Assembly: GCA_964016885.1 (NCBI GenBank) | Contig: OZ024741.1 | Location: forward strand, 103,168,001-103,232,000 | Origin: Eledone cirrhosa | Lineage: Eukaryota | Direction: 5' to 3' | Length of the DNA stretch: 64,000 nucleotides | In this document: piece after piece, positions 28,301 to 37,989 of the stretch | Layout of the letters: each line of letters opens with the position of its first letter | Position numbering within the stretch: position 1 is the first letter of the stretch | Position numbers and translations under genes: made by a program | Notes under the pieces: generated by a model | Seen by the model: the letters and a program-made list of their open reading frames with translations, nothing else | Told to the model about the DNA's origin: nothing | Databases searched by the model: none

Positions 28301-31300
28301 TTAAGCCGAGAAATAGCAGGAATAAAATCAAGCGTTCGTGTAGAACCCCACAATGAGGGATCTTACCGGAGTGCCTTGTTAAAAAATCTCCGCGTACCTC
28401 AGGTTGAAACTAGACGCATTGAGAATGCCACTGAATCTGCAAACCACGAAGTGATTGCCATTGGTGTACCAGAAGACATAGTTGATCTTCAGGCATTTGC
28501 TGCCAGTTCATCCAAAGACTTGGGCTGTGCTCCCGCAAAGGGTGCTCTACGCCTTGGCCGACCAGGCCCGAAACCCAGGCTAATTAGACTGTCGTTTTTT
28601 AACTCAACTGAGGCACGTTTATACCTTGTAGCCTCTGATAAAGCTAGGCGTGAAAGTCGGATTGCTTTCCGAACACGCCCTGGTCTTCCACCTGATGTCC
28701 GCCCAAAGTTGCGTGCTGCAGCTTCCTTAAACCGCAGCTCGACAGAACATGAAAGCTTCAGCCTACGAGATGATGGGCAGGTATGGAAGTTCGTTAAGGC
28801 TGGTGAAACATGGAAAAGAGATACCAGCTGGTCTGAAAACACTGTACCCACAACAACTGACAATAAAGAAACTGAAAAAACTCTGGGAAACTAAATCAGA
28901 ACAACCTGCCATCCCCTGCACATAATCATATACTGGAATCAAGGTACAAATTGTTGTCCTTGAATGCACGTAGTCTATGCAATAAGATTCATCTTTTTGA
29001 CTGCTACGTCAAAAGTATCAACCCTGACTTCATTACAGTCACGGAAACTTGGGCACATCCCTTACTCTGTGATGGGGTTTTCAGCATAACTGGCTACAAC
29101 CTGTTTCGTAAAGACCGCATTAATCGTGGTGGTGGTGGTGTAATGGTCTACGTCCGGTCAAATTTGTCGGCAATTCCTTGTGTTGATTTGAACCAATCAC
29201 AGCAGGAAGTTTTTTTCTGCGATATACGTATGACCATGTCAACACTGCTACTTGGAGTTGTTTACCATTCCCCAAATTACCATCAGGACACTCAACTTTG
29301 TGATATCCTCAGAGCTGCTGCCAGGAAAACAGCCACTTATGTTTTCATTGCAGGAGACTTCAATCACCCTGAGATTGACTGGGAAACTTTTCGTTGGCCG
29401 CCAAGTGCAAATGACTTCCTTGAGCTGGACTCGAACTGGTCCCAAGTAGTCAACTCCCCAACAAGAGGTGACAACACGTTGGACCTACTCTTCACCACTA
29501 CTCCTGAAACGGTTATTAGTGTTACTGTTGAAGAACCTTTAGGTGACTCTGATTATGCTATGATCATTGCCAATCTATCCCTCATGGGCAGTAACAAGAA
29601 CCACAACCATCTCCAAACTGCTCACTTTGACTGGAATAAAGCAGACTGGAACTGTTACTGCACCGAGTTGCAACGGCCAAACTGGCTTGAGTTCTACGAC
29701 TCTGGAGATGTCAACACTGTACTCCAGAACATCCTGAGTTCAATATGGACAGCATGTGCAGCATCGGTGCCATGTAAGCGGAAAAAATATCCCAAAAGTG
29801 CAATTTGGGAGACTGCAGCAGTCTGTCTTGCCAGAAAAGAATGTCGCAATGCTCAACGTGAGTACAAACTTCACAAATCAGACATTAATAGGAAGAGGCG
29901 AAATAGATCGTCCAACCACCTCAAACAGGGGACAAAAAAGGCAGTGCTTCAATTTGAGCAGCACATAGCAACCAGCCCTGACAGCAAGGTGTTCTGGAAG
30001 TATGTTCACTCAAAGCAGAAGCCTCACTCTCCAGTTGGTCCTCTTCACAATCCCCACACAAGCCAGGTTACTGACGACCCCAAGGAATGCGCAGAGCTCA
30101 TTGCTGAATGCTATGCAGGCATTTTCACTATTGAAGACCAGAGTGTACCATCTTCACCACCTATGACACCGGACTCTATTACAACCATGGAATTTACACC
30201 TGCAATGCTGCGACATCACCTAAATAATAAATGCAACCATGCCTCTCCTGGTCTTGATGGTGTTACGTACCTGCTTCTTAAATGTGGTGGGTACTTCCTT
30301 CTGCACCAGTTATCACGCTTCTTCCAATTCTGTCTGAACAACGGTGCTACTCCAGAACAGTGGAAAAATGCCAGTGTCATTCCTCTGTTCAAAGAGGGTG
30401 ACTGCACATCACCTGTGAACTATCGTCCAGTCAATCTTACTAGTTGCATTGCCAAACTGATGGAATCCTGTGTCAGAGAAACACTTTGGAACTTCTGGAA
30501 CTCTCACAGTCCTATCCGGCCCTCGCAATTTGGATTTATCCCCAACTCCAGCTGCTGTGATCAACTTATCGAGTTTCTTGAAGACATCACCCGGATCACT
30601 GATGGCGGCTCATGGGTGGATGTTGTTTACCTTGACTTTGCGAAAGCTTTCAATTCTGTGCCACACAAAAGGCTTATGGCAAAACTCTCTGCAATGGGTG
30701 TGAAGGATGATCTTTTTAACTGGTTGAAGTCCTTCATTCTCAGTCGAAGAGAGGTAGTCACGGTTCTGGGACAGCATTCCTCACCATATGAGATGTCATC
30801 TGGTGTACCACAGGGATCTGTTCTTGGTCCCCTTTTGTTTGTGGCATATATTAATGACATAGATGCCAACTTAAAGAATTCCACAGTACTAAAGTATGCA
30901 GATGACATCAAGCTGTACCTTGAGATAAAAAGGACAGATCCTGAACACTATAGATCTTGGTTGCAGTCTGACCTGGACACAATGCAACAATGGATCTCAG
31001 ATTGGCAACTCAAGCTAGTTGTGGACAAGTGCACCACCATGCATTTTGGGAGTAAAAACCCAGCGTCCACAGACTCCCTCCACAGCACTAATATCAAGAA
31101 GTCTTCTTGTAAACGTGACCTGGGCATTACGGTCAGCAGCGATTTGCGTTGGACGAAGCACGTCTCTAAAATTGTCAAGAGGGCCGAGAGTGTCTTAGCA
31201 TCACTCAGCAAGACCTTTGTCAGCCGCTCTCCAGCTATCTATTTAAGGCTGTACATGGCTGTGGTGCTGCCACACTTAGAATTTGCATCACCAGTCTGGA

Positions 31301-34300
31301 ACCCCTATCTTGCTCAGAACATTGACCGCCTGGAAACTGTTCAGAGACGTGCAACCAAGCGAATACCCTCCATCAGGCATCTACCATACTCTGAGCGCCT
31401 TGCTTCCCTGGGCATGGATACATTGAAGTTCCAACGTCGGGCAACTTACTTGGTAAACACCCACAAAATTGTTAACTATCTTGCCAACAACAACCCTGAG
31501 TACCTTTTTGATTTCCATGTGTCTAACAGACGTGGGCATGCCCACAAAGTCAGAAAACAGTACAGTTCCCATGACTTTCGGAAACATTTTTTCACGCTCA
31601 GAGTTGCTGAAGCATGGAACAAACTACCTGCATCAGTTGTTAGCCGTCGAGACACTGCATCCTTTAAGGCCTCCATGCTTCCCGAGATTCGCCAACACAA
31701 CACCTAATGTTCCCCCTCCATACACATACACACATGTATATCATGACTCATACACTATTCACTTCCCTGACATTTATGTATTATTCGATGTACTATACAT
31801 GCACCTTTGACGAGTTGTAGTGCTCCTGAGCACTTTACACAATAATTTTATTATATATATATTATATGTATATAAATAGTATTACGTTATATATGTTGCA
31901 TTAATGAATGTGGTTTTTTTATACATGTGTATATAAATAGTATTAATATATATATATATATATATACTTCATTGATGCATGTGGTATCTATAATACATGT
32001 GTATATAAATAGTATTACATTATATCTGCTACATGGATGTGTGTGGTGTCAGGCTATATGTGTAGAAATATATATATATATATGCATATATTTTACTGAG
32101 TCAACATAAGATAGAGATAGGACCATTTAGTCTTATCATGGAGGCACATGACTTAGTGGTTAGAGCATTGGGCTTGCAATCGAAAGGTTGTGAGTTCAAT
32201 TCTCGGACCGGGTGATGTGTTGTTTCCTTGAGCAAGACACTTTATTTCACATTGCTCCAGTTTACTCACCTGTAGAAATGAGATGATAGGACTGGGGTCC
32301 CTATCATTCCACTGCAAAGTGGATGTGTAGGCGCCACAAGAAAGAAAAGCACCCAGCACTCACTGTAAATGAAGTTGGTGTTAGGAAGGGCATCAGCTGT
32401 AGAAATCAAGCCAGAATCAGTTCCCGTCCTACCCTTGCAAGCAGTAAATGATGATGATGAAGGAAATGAGAACCTCTCTAGTGCATTCTGTAAAGTGGTT
32501 AATGATCAAGTGGAAATAATATAGAATATAGAATATTCTACAATCTAACCAAGCACATGACAACTTTTGTAGTGCACCCAATACAATACACTCTCTAAAG
32601 AGGTAGTACTGGCATCATGATGAAACACACCCAGTATATTCCATGAAGTGGTAGTGTTAGTGTCAATATAATGTACTGTATACAGTCTGTAAAGTGGTTG
32701 TGTTGGTGCCACAATAAAATACACTCAGTACAGGCTGGTTATCTGACCCTGTTTTGTTTGGGATCATGACAACCCGTCCAACCCATGCTAGCATGGAAAA
32801 TGAATATAAAACGATTAGGATATATGTATATCATAAGAGACAATATCATCATCATCATTATTGTTTTCATGTCTGTTTTTCCATGCTTTCATGAATTAGA
32901 CTATATGTGTGTGTGTGTGAAGGTACATCGCTTAGTGGTTAGAGCATTGGGCTTACAATCGTGAGGGTATGGGTTTTTGTTCTTGGACCAGGCAGTGTGT
33001 TGTGTCATCCTGAAGGACACAACACACTGCTACCTACTGTATTGTAAATGTACTTGAAGATGAAACAATGTGTAAGAATTAAATTTTGTTTTTGATTGTC
33101 TTGCTTTCTCCACCATATATTTCTGATTACACCTGCTCTGCTTATCTTCTGTACATAATTCTCCTTAGATATCAACTCCACTATAATATTTAACATTGCA
33201 TTTCTAAGCATTGAGCATGCTTCACTTCAGCTAAAGGCATCTAATATATTATATCATAGTTCCTTCTCTATTCTTATGATATATGTCTCTTATTTTGATA
33301 TATCATCATCATCATTTTACGTCCGCTTTTCCCTGCTTGCAAGGGTGCGACGGGTCCTATTCAGCACAGCATCTCTTCACTTGTCATGGTCCTTCGTCAT
33401 CTACTCCGTGAGCTTGTATAATTGTTCAGCTAGTAGTAATATAGGGTGGGTAATAAAGGATCGCAACGTGTGGAGAGATACTGTGTTGAGAAGGCCTCAT
33501 CCAACTCATGCAAGCATGGAAAAGCAAATGTAAAAATGTTGATGATGGTGATGATATTGATTTATGTCAATGGAATTTTGTGGAAAGATATGGTATCTTT
33601 GTTGATTATAATACAATCTTTCTTTCATCTGTTTCAGTTCATTCTTCCAAAGTGTATGTGTTCTTGGTTACTGTGTTACACCACTTGCAATTGCACTTTT
33701 GATTTGCCGTATGATCTTACTAGCACACCAGTCAACAGCTCTCTTTGTAATCCGTTTTTGTATTATCCTCATATCCTTTGGATGGTCAACATTTGGTAAG
33801 TCTATTCATCCTTAATCATTTTTGTTTGTTTAACCCTAACTTTACTATATTTTTAATGAAATACAATGTATTTGAATTAATGAAGAATTTGGAGGAGCTT
33901 CCTATAATCATTAATTATTTTGTCATTAACTCTTATTATCCTGAAATGGTTTAACAAAAAATATCTAAAAATGGGTTTGTTAATACAAATGTTTATAGTA
34001 TCTTTACTAGTGGACAGATTCTTGTGAATTAGGAGAAAGACTTTAAGTTTTAATGCAATACAGTCATAGTGCTGTTTTGTACTTTTCACAAATGTTTTGC
34101 TAATGTGATTTCCCATGGTACAGGTTGTTAAGAGTTAGGATGGTATTTGTAACATAACTTAACAAAAGGTTCTTTTATCAAATGGAGGATTATATTTAAC
34201 CCTTCCATGACTGTATTTCTAATGAAATAGATTCTATTTTAATTAATTAATTTTTTCATTAGTAAGTCCCACCCTTGCAAGCAGGGAAAAGCAGACATAA

Positions 34301-37300
34301 AACAATGATGATGATAAGATAGTAACTTAACATATGGTGCTTATATGAAATTGTGTTGGAAGATTTTTATTTAAATAGGAACCCTTCAAAAGGGGTGGTT
34401 TGATTTCCTAGAAGTAGGGATGGTTTTGGCTGGGTTGGTATTAAAGTCCAGTATGTCAACCTCTCTAGTGCTGGTGGCACCCAGTCAATGCTGTAAAGTG
34501 GTGCTGGGGATAGGAAGGGCATCAACCAGTATATTATGAATGCCAAATTATGAGCAAAATATAAAATATATATATATATATCTTGTACGACAACTACAGG
34601 AGGAGAAGTACCTAGCTAAAAGTAAACCCCTCTACTTAGCTTTTGTAGACCTGGAGAAAACCTTTCACAGAGTCCCCCGCTCCATTATCTGGTGGGCTCT
34701 TAGAAAACTAGGTGTAGTTGAATGGCATATGAGAGCTATACAAGCCATGTATAAAGAAATAGTCAGTAAGGTTAGAATTAACAATGAATATTGTGAAGAA
34801 TTTAGTGTAAAAGTTGGTGTTCATCAAGGCTCTGTCCTTAGCCCCCTCCTATTTATTATTGCCCTTCAGGCTATAACAGACGAGTTCAAGACCGGCTGCC
34901 CATGGGAACTCCTTTATGCAGATGATCTAACTCTCATAGCTGAATCTATGGCTGAACTAGAGAAAAAATTCCAAACATGGAAGCATGGCCTAGAATCAAA
35001 CGGCCTTAAAGTTAACTTGTCTAAGACTAAAGTTCTAGTTTGTAGAAAGGAAAATAGGGCACAGGTACCCTCAGGGAAATGGCCATGCTCAGTGTGTAGG
35101 AAAGGAGTAGGCAGAAATTCCATTTTATGTCCCAAATGCAAACATAAAAGATGTAGTGGGATCACAGGTAAACTATCTAAGAACGTAGACTTTATATGTG
35201 GCTGATGCTCAGGTGCAATAAGTAGCAAGTGCCCACAGGATACTAGCTCCTTCTATTGACCAGATGGTTCTATAGAAATAGTGGACACTTTCTGTTACCT
35301 GGGTGACAAAATCAGCAGTGGAGGAGGGTGTTCTGAAAGTAGGTAGCCATAGTCAGAACGGGATGGAAAAAGTTCAGAGAGCTTATACCGCTGTTGGCCA
35401 CAAAAGGTTTCTCTCTAAAAATGAAAGGCAAATTGTATGATGCCTGTATAGGAACAGCAATGCTACATGGCAGTGAGACATGGGCATTGTGTGCAGAGGA
35501 CCTGCGCAGACTGGAAAGGAACGAAGCTTGCATGCTCCGTTGGATGTGTAATAGTAATATACGTGAACAGCAAAGCATAAATGAACTAAGTGAGAAATTA
35601 GTAATAAGAGGGATCAGATGCTGTTTACTTGAGAGAAGACTATGTTGGTATGGTCATATGATGCGCATGAAAGATGACAGCAGCATAAAAAAGTGCAGGG
35701 CGATCAAAATTGATGTTAGTTACGGAGTAGGCAGACCCAGAAAAACCTGGGACGATTTGAAAAATTCCGACCTTACACACTTGCATCTCTCTAAGACAAT
35801 GTCACTGGACCGAGATCTTTGGCGCTACGCAGTAATACAGAAAACCCGCCTTGCCTATGTACAAAGCAAAACCTACAGTCAGTAGGCACCTCTTAACCAG
35901 ATATACACCCAATCCACTACCCCTACCCTATCCTCCCACTCTCACCAACACCACCCTCTTTCTGTAAAGTTGGTACCACAACATCCAGTCCAAATAAATG
36001 AGATTGAGATCGTGTAGGTGTCACGACAAAAAAACACACAGTCCACGCTGTAATGTGGCCATGTAGGTAACACGGTAAAAAGTTCCCAGTTTCACACTGT
36101 AAATGTGGTTGGTGTTAGGAAGGGCATCCAGCTGTAGAAAACCTGCCAGATAGTCCTATATGAGCGAGACACGGTCACCCAACCAACCTTGCCTCAAGTG
36201 GGACAACTCCCCTCTAACCCATGCTAGCATGGAAGATGAACGTTAAACGAAGATGATGATGATGATGTATGTATGATGGCCTCAATGCTGTTGGTATTGG
36301 CCCATTTAAACACTGTGAGGTTGCTGACATAATCCTCCCATCAAATATTGCCTCAGATAAACATGTCGTGTCTGCCACATAAATAGCACCAGACTGCCAC
36401 GTCAAATCCTCTACAGCATACTCAGCGCAGGGAAGAGATCACACGGCTGCCTCATGTAAGATTGAAACAGTAGGAACAACATGTAAAAGAGAGCATGGTG
36501 TCATCTTATCAAGATCTGTGGAGAACATTTTGAAGAAAATCACTGGAAAACTGAGGAGGATAAAAGGCTGTGATGAAACATTCACCAACTCCAACCAAGG
36601 CATCTATTGACCATTTAATGTGACCGATGTGAACAATTTTTCTTTGCAAAGATTACCCTTGCCAGCTACTATAGGCACTGTCCCGGATGAGAAAATCTAA
36701 AAGAAGGAAAAGTATACTCAGAAATGAGGAAGAACCAACAAGGACATTTATATATATCATTAGCATTGCCATCATCACCATTTATCACACTAGGTGTCAC
36801 CTCATTACAGCACTAGGGTACTCAATGTCCTTGGTCTTGCTAGGGAGGCATTAGGGAGGGTTGGAGATGGAGTACAGATATTGCACTGCCAGGGAGGGGA
36901 TGGTCATGGAAGTTATCTTGAAGTAAGGGGATAGTATCGGAAATATTAGCAGTAGAGTAAGTTGTTCTGAAAATAATGTAGCCAGAAGATCAGGCTAGAA
37001 GAAACTCAATGAGCTATTACCTTTGCTCCCCACTTCCTCATCCAACCCATGCCAACATGGAAAGCTAGTGCAGTCTTTCTTTGTTTCACCTCTCTTGTCC
37101 AACCCATATCACCTCTCCTCATATCCGGCCTAGTCCCAGAACATGACAGCCCATCTGGCCCAGCCAACCATGGAAAATAGACATTAACAATGATGGTGGT
37201 ATGTAACTCCCCACCAACCACATCCCTGGTGGAATTGTCCTGTCCAAAACATGCATGCATGGAAAGCCAAACATGTTCCACCATATACAGCCAAACGCAA

Positions 37301-37989
37301 CTCACTCTCTTCAAGGCCGCTCTATGACACATTGATTGCTCTCCCACTGTGGGATCACCCTCCTTCTTTAACAAGCAACATGTAGCCTGACACTTGCTCT
37401 CTCATCATTGCCTCACTGGTCCAAGGGGACAATGAACATTCAAATGCTGTAATGAGGTAGCACTGTTGACATGAAAAAACACCCAGTTCCCCTGTCAAAT
37501 GGTTGTGCTGGTGCCATACATAAAGAACTTAGTACACCCTGTAAAGAGGTAATGTTAGTGCCACAAGGAAAGCTCCCAGTACATGCTGTAAAGTGGTTGG
37601 CTCTAGGAAGGGCACTCAGCCATAGAAAAGCAAGCTAAAAACAAAGTGTATGTGCAAAACATAATCACTTGGCCTCATAACTTGATAGCTCATTTAACTA
37701 ATGCAAGCATGGAAAATAGACATTAAATAGTGATGATGACTGAGATTGATGTGATCAACTAAATCCCTTTGAGACAGAAGCCAATAAAAGAATAAGTTAG
37801 CATGTTGCATTCTGACTGTCTTTGAATTCTTTTTTCTTCTCTTTTATTAATCTATTTATTCTTTGCATTTTAGCTGCAACTGCATTCCTGGGAAACAGTC
37901 AATCATCCAGGAGAAAGGTTCTAGCTATGTACCCTATATTCCTGTTTTACTTCATCATCAGCTGGCTTGCTGTTTCCCACGCAAACTAG
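14237..37989 (+). CDS. YIPF6: Protein YIPF6 (Yip1 domain family, Golgi membrane protein); spliced CDS join(14237-14266,22015-22125,23702-23780,24659-24701,25837-25968,33638-33795,37874-37989), 222 aa
   Basis: Seven exons with GT-AG boundaries and matching phases sum to 669 nt with no internal stop. The translation contains YIPF6 hallmarks: STLDEPVKDT-LRDLKAVG-KFFHVLYP, WDLWGPLILC, GGPEFSEVFVIFWVGSVIVTLNSKLLGGNISFFQSVCVLGYC, RRKVLAMYPIFLFYFIISWL. Confidence 0.96.
14997..15219. mobile_element. Decayed fold-back element with hammerhead remnant (CTGATGA at 15091) in YIPF6 intron 1
   Basis: Inverted arms 14997-15053 / 15165-15219 (gatatgtttatgtataataaaca); aacgtca CTGATGA...AAAACACTGTC taacgtt lies between them. 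Confidence 0.55.
15640..15790 (+). mobile_element. Short L1/Tx1-like RT fragment
   Basis: NFKPITLLNAKVLAKRLA...TYAISNGFIHSNHHLM resembles the fragment at 53300-53460. Confidence 0.6.
16182..16377. mobile_element. piggyBac-like MITE
   Basis: TTAA target duplication on both sides; terminal inverted repeats CCCTTTAGCATTTA/TAAATGCTAAAGGG. Confidence 0.88.
16520..17185 (-). mobile_element. Degenerate RT fragment of the same R4/Dong-like clade
   Basis: LLFIDDLK and FSEDIRMEFGLSKC...YKHL motifs with stops and frameshifts. Confidence 0.75.
17200..18412 (-). mobile_element. 5'-truncated R4/Dong-like non-LTR retrotransposon (RT C-terminus, CCHC knuckle, restriction-like endonuclease)
   Basis: 354-aa ORF with RLYLRRSEGGRGL, CRICGERKETVAHIVSEC and RPDLVVLD...IVDVACP...EKINRYQDL. 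Flanked on both sides by (TTA)n/(TAA)n runs, the known Dong-type target. Confidence 0.92.
18448..18635 (+). mobile_element. tRNA-derived SINE family A; other copies at about 19570-19716, 25379-25593, 26928-27091, 55417-55603 (-), 63570-63740 and older clusters at 2710-3030, 5360-5960, 10660-11010
   Basis: A-box-like TGGCAGTATCGG, B-box GAGTTCAAATCC, shared body gaggttaactttgcctttcatccttacggggtcgat, tail agtagaaacaattatt; often sits in (TTA)n. Confidence 0.88.
19728..20150 (-). mobile_element. RTE-clade 3' fragment
   Basis: KIRELPQVEPLLLRTERSQIWYYRH; same family as 45615-46260 and 23060-23380. Confidence 0.78.
20603..20809. mobile_element. piggyBac-like MITE (same family) nested in an older TTAA-flanked MITE at about 20535-21210
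   Basis: Same terminal repeats and internal sequence as 16182-16377; the host element ends ...atggtaatgaaagggttaa. Confidence 0.82.
22015..22125 (+). CDS. YIPF6: YIPF6 coding exon 2 (VDLNDVPLEGDITVP...STLDEPVKDTV)
   Basis: tttcttcacgacag acceptor, GTAAGT donor, 111 nt, conserved STLDEPV motif. Confidence 0.95.
22640..23380 (+). mobile_element. Two adjacent decayed RTE 3' fragments
   Basis: LESKDLNVNLAKT remnant, then ctcggagatcagagagtcactcaaggtagagccactacttct shared with 26490 and 52530. Confidence 0.7.
23702..23780 (+). CDS. YIPF6: YIPF6 coding exon 3 (LRDLKAVGIKFFHVLYPKQSSFLLRE)
   Basis: tttcag acceptor, GTAAGT donor, 79 nt, ends in phase 1. Confidence 0.96.
24659..24701 (+). CDS. YIPF6: YIPF6 coding exon 4 (WDLWGPLILCVFLAL)
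   Basis: ctctttgcag acceptor, GTAAGT donor, 43 nt, Yip1-family DLWGPL motif. Confidence 0.96.
24845..25300. mobile_element. Decayed fold-back element with hammerhead remnants in YIPF6 intron 4
   Basis: Inverted arms at about 24845-24980 / 25000-25145, each with ttattcCTGATGA; the right arm continues to about 25300. Confidence 0.55.
25837..25968 (+). CDS. YIPF6: YIPF6 coding exon 5 (MLQSNPDH...GGPEFSEVF...KLLGGNI)
   Basis: tttcag acceptor, GTAAGT donor, 132 nt, phase 2-2. Confidence 0.96.
26744..26928 (+). mobile_element. 5'-truncated copy (3' end only) of the same CR1-like family
   Basis: Aligns to 31673-31852 (ccatgctt..cgccaacac..cacctttga..gagttgtag..cacaataatttt). Confidence 0.88.
27656..28894 (+). 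CDS. LINE ORF1: PHD-like finger, Q-rich 16-17 aa repeats, coiled coil, RRM-like C-terminus; one in-frame TAG at 27944-27946
   Basis: Track ORFs 27518-27946 and 27959-28894 share a frame: CHIC...WVECGTC...CLQC...WSF*CLDC-MPPS. Later motifs VIAIGVPE and RLGRPGPKPRLIRLSF are typical of CR1/L2 ORF1. Confidence 0.85.
28885..31707 (+). CDS. LINE ORF2: apurinic endonuclease + reverse transcriptase (uninterrupted frame)
   Basis: APE motifs LNARSL, VTETW, AGDFNHP, TRGDNTLDLLF. RT motifs NYRPVNLTS, YLDFAKAFNSVPH, SGVPQGSVLGPLLF, YADDIK. CR1-type C-terminus LETVQRRATK...FFTLRVAEAWNKLP. The frame is open back to the ORF1 stop region. Confidence 0.95.
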   Translation, partial: GKLNQNNLPSPAHNHILESRYKLLSLNARSLCNKIHLFDCYVKSINPDFITVTETWAHPLLCDGVFSITGYNLFRKDRINRGGGGVMVYVRSNLSAIPCVDLNQSQQEVFFCDIRMTMSTLLLGVVYHSPNYHQDTQLCDILRAAARKTATYVFIAGDFNHPEIDWETFRWPPSANDFLELDSNWSQVVNSPTRGDNTLDLLFTTTPETVISVTVEEPLGDSDYAMIIANLSLMGSNKNHNHLQTAHFDWNKADWNCYCTELQRPNWLEFYDSGDVNTVLQNILSSIWTACAASVPCKRKKYPKSAIWETAAVCLARKECRNAQREYKLHKSDINRKRRNRSSNHLKQGTKKAVLQFEQHIATSPDSKVFWKYVHSKQKPHSPVGPLHNPHTSQVTDDPKECAELIAECYAGIFTIEDQSVPSSPPMTPDSITTMEFTPAMLRHHLNNKCNHASPGLDGVTYLLLKCGGYFLLHQLSRFFQFCLNNGATPEQWKNASVIPLFKEGDCTSPVNYRPVNLTSCIAKLMESCVRETLWNFWNSHSPIRPSQFGFIPNSSCCDQLIEFLEDITRITDGGSWVDVVYLDFAKAFNSVPHKRLMAKLSAMGVKDDLFNWLKSFILSRREVVTVLGQHSSPYEMSSGVPQGSVLGPLLFVAYINDIDANLKNSTVLKYADDIKLYLEIKRTDPEHYRSWLQSDLDTMQQWISDWQLKLVVDKCTTMHFGSKNPASTDSLHSTNIKKSSCKRDLGITVSSDLRWTKHVSKIVKRAESVLASLSKTFVSRSPAIYLRLYMAVVLPHLEFASPVWNPYLAQNIDRLETVQRRATKRIPSIRHLPYSERLASLGMDTLKFQRRATYLVNTHKIVNYLANNNPEYLFDFHVSNRRGHAHKVRKQYSSHDFRKHFFTLRVAEAWNKLPASVVSRRDTASFKASMLPEIRQHNT
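32140..32460 (+). mobile_element. tRNA-derived SINE family B with (ATG)n tail; close copy at 57322-57645
   Basis: A-box tgacttagtggttagagc, B-box gagttcaattc, central ttccttgagcaagacacttta, 3' aggaagggcatc...cccttgcaagca. Many 3' fragments occur at 23400-23660, 32460-32830, 36000-36270, 37440-37740 and 47100-47265. Confidence 0.85.
33638..33795 (+). CDS. YIPF6: YIPF6 coding exon 6 (SFFQSVCVLGYCVTPL...FGWSTF)
   Basis: gtttcag acceptor, GTAAGT donor, 158 nt, LGYC motif. Confidence 0.96.
34582..35885 (+). mobile_element. 5'-truncated RTE-clade LINE (RT with Cys-rich insertion) in YIPF6 intron 6
   Basis: FVDLEKTFHRVPR, GVHQGSVLSPLLF, LLYADDL, KWPCSVCRKGVGRNSILC, MLHGSETW, LCWYGHMMR, GRPRKTW; stops and frameshifts present. 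Confidence 0.92.
37874..37989 (+). CDS. YIPF6: YIPF6 coding exon 7 (ATAFLGNSQSSRRKVLAMYPIFLFYFIISWLAVSHAN*)
   Basis: Long pyrimidine tract plus tttag acceptor, TAG stop at 37987-37989, YPIFLFY motif. Confidence 0.96.

Larger units (their letters stand above)
27120..31855 (+). mobile_element. Near full-length CR1-group non-LTR retrotransposon in YIPF6 intron 5 (sense orientation)
   Basis: 5' UTR, ORF1 with PHD-like finger, ORF2 with APE+RT, 3' UTR with GTGCTC-CT-GAGCAC hairpin and AT-rich tail. The 5' boundary is approximate. Confidence 0.92.

Noticed and set aside
36545-36590. CTGAGGA...GAAA spacing (also isolated CTGANGA at 2353, 11693, 22500, 50306)
   Set aside because: No supporting stems I-III; expected by chance.
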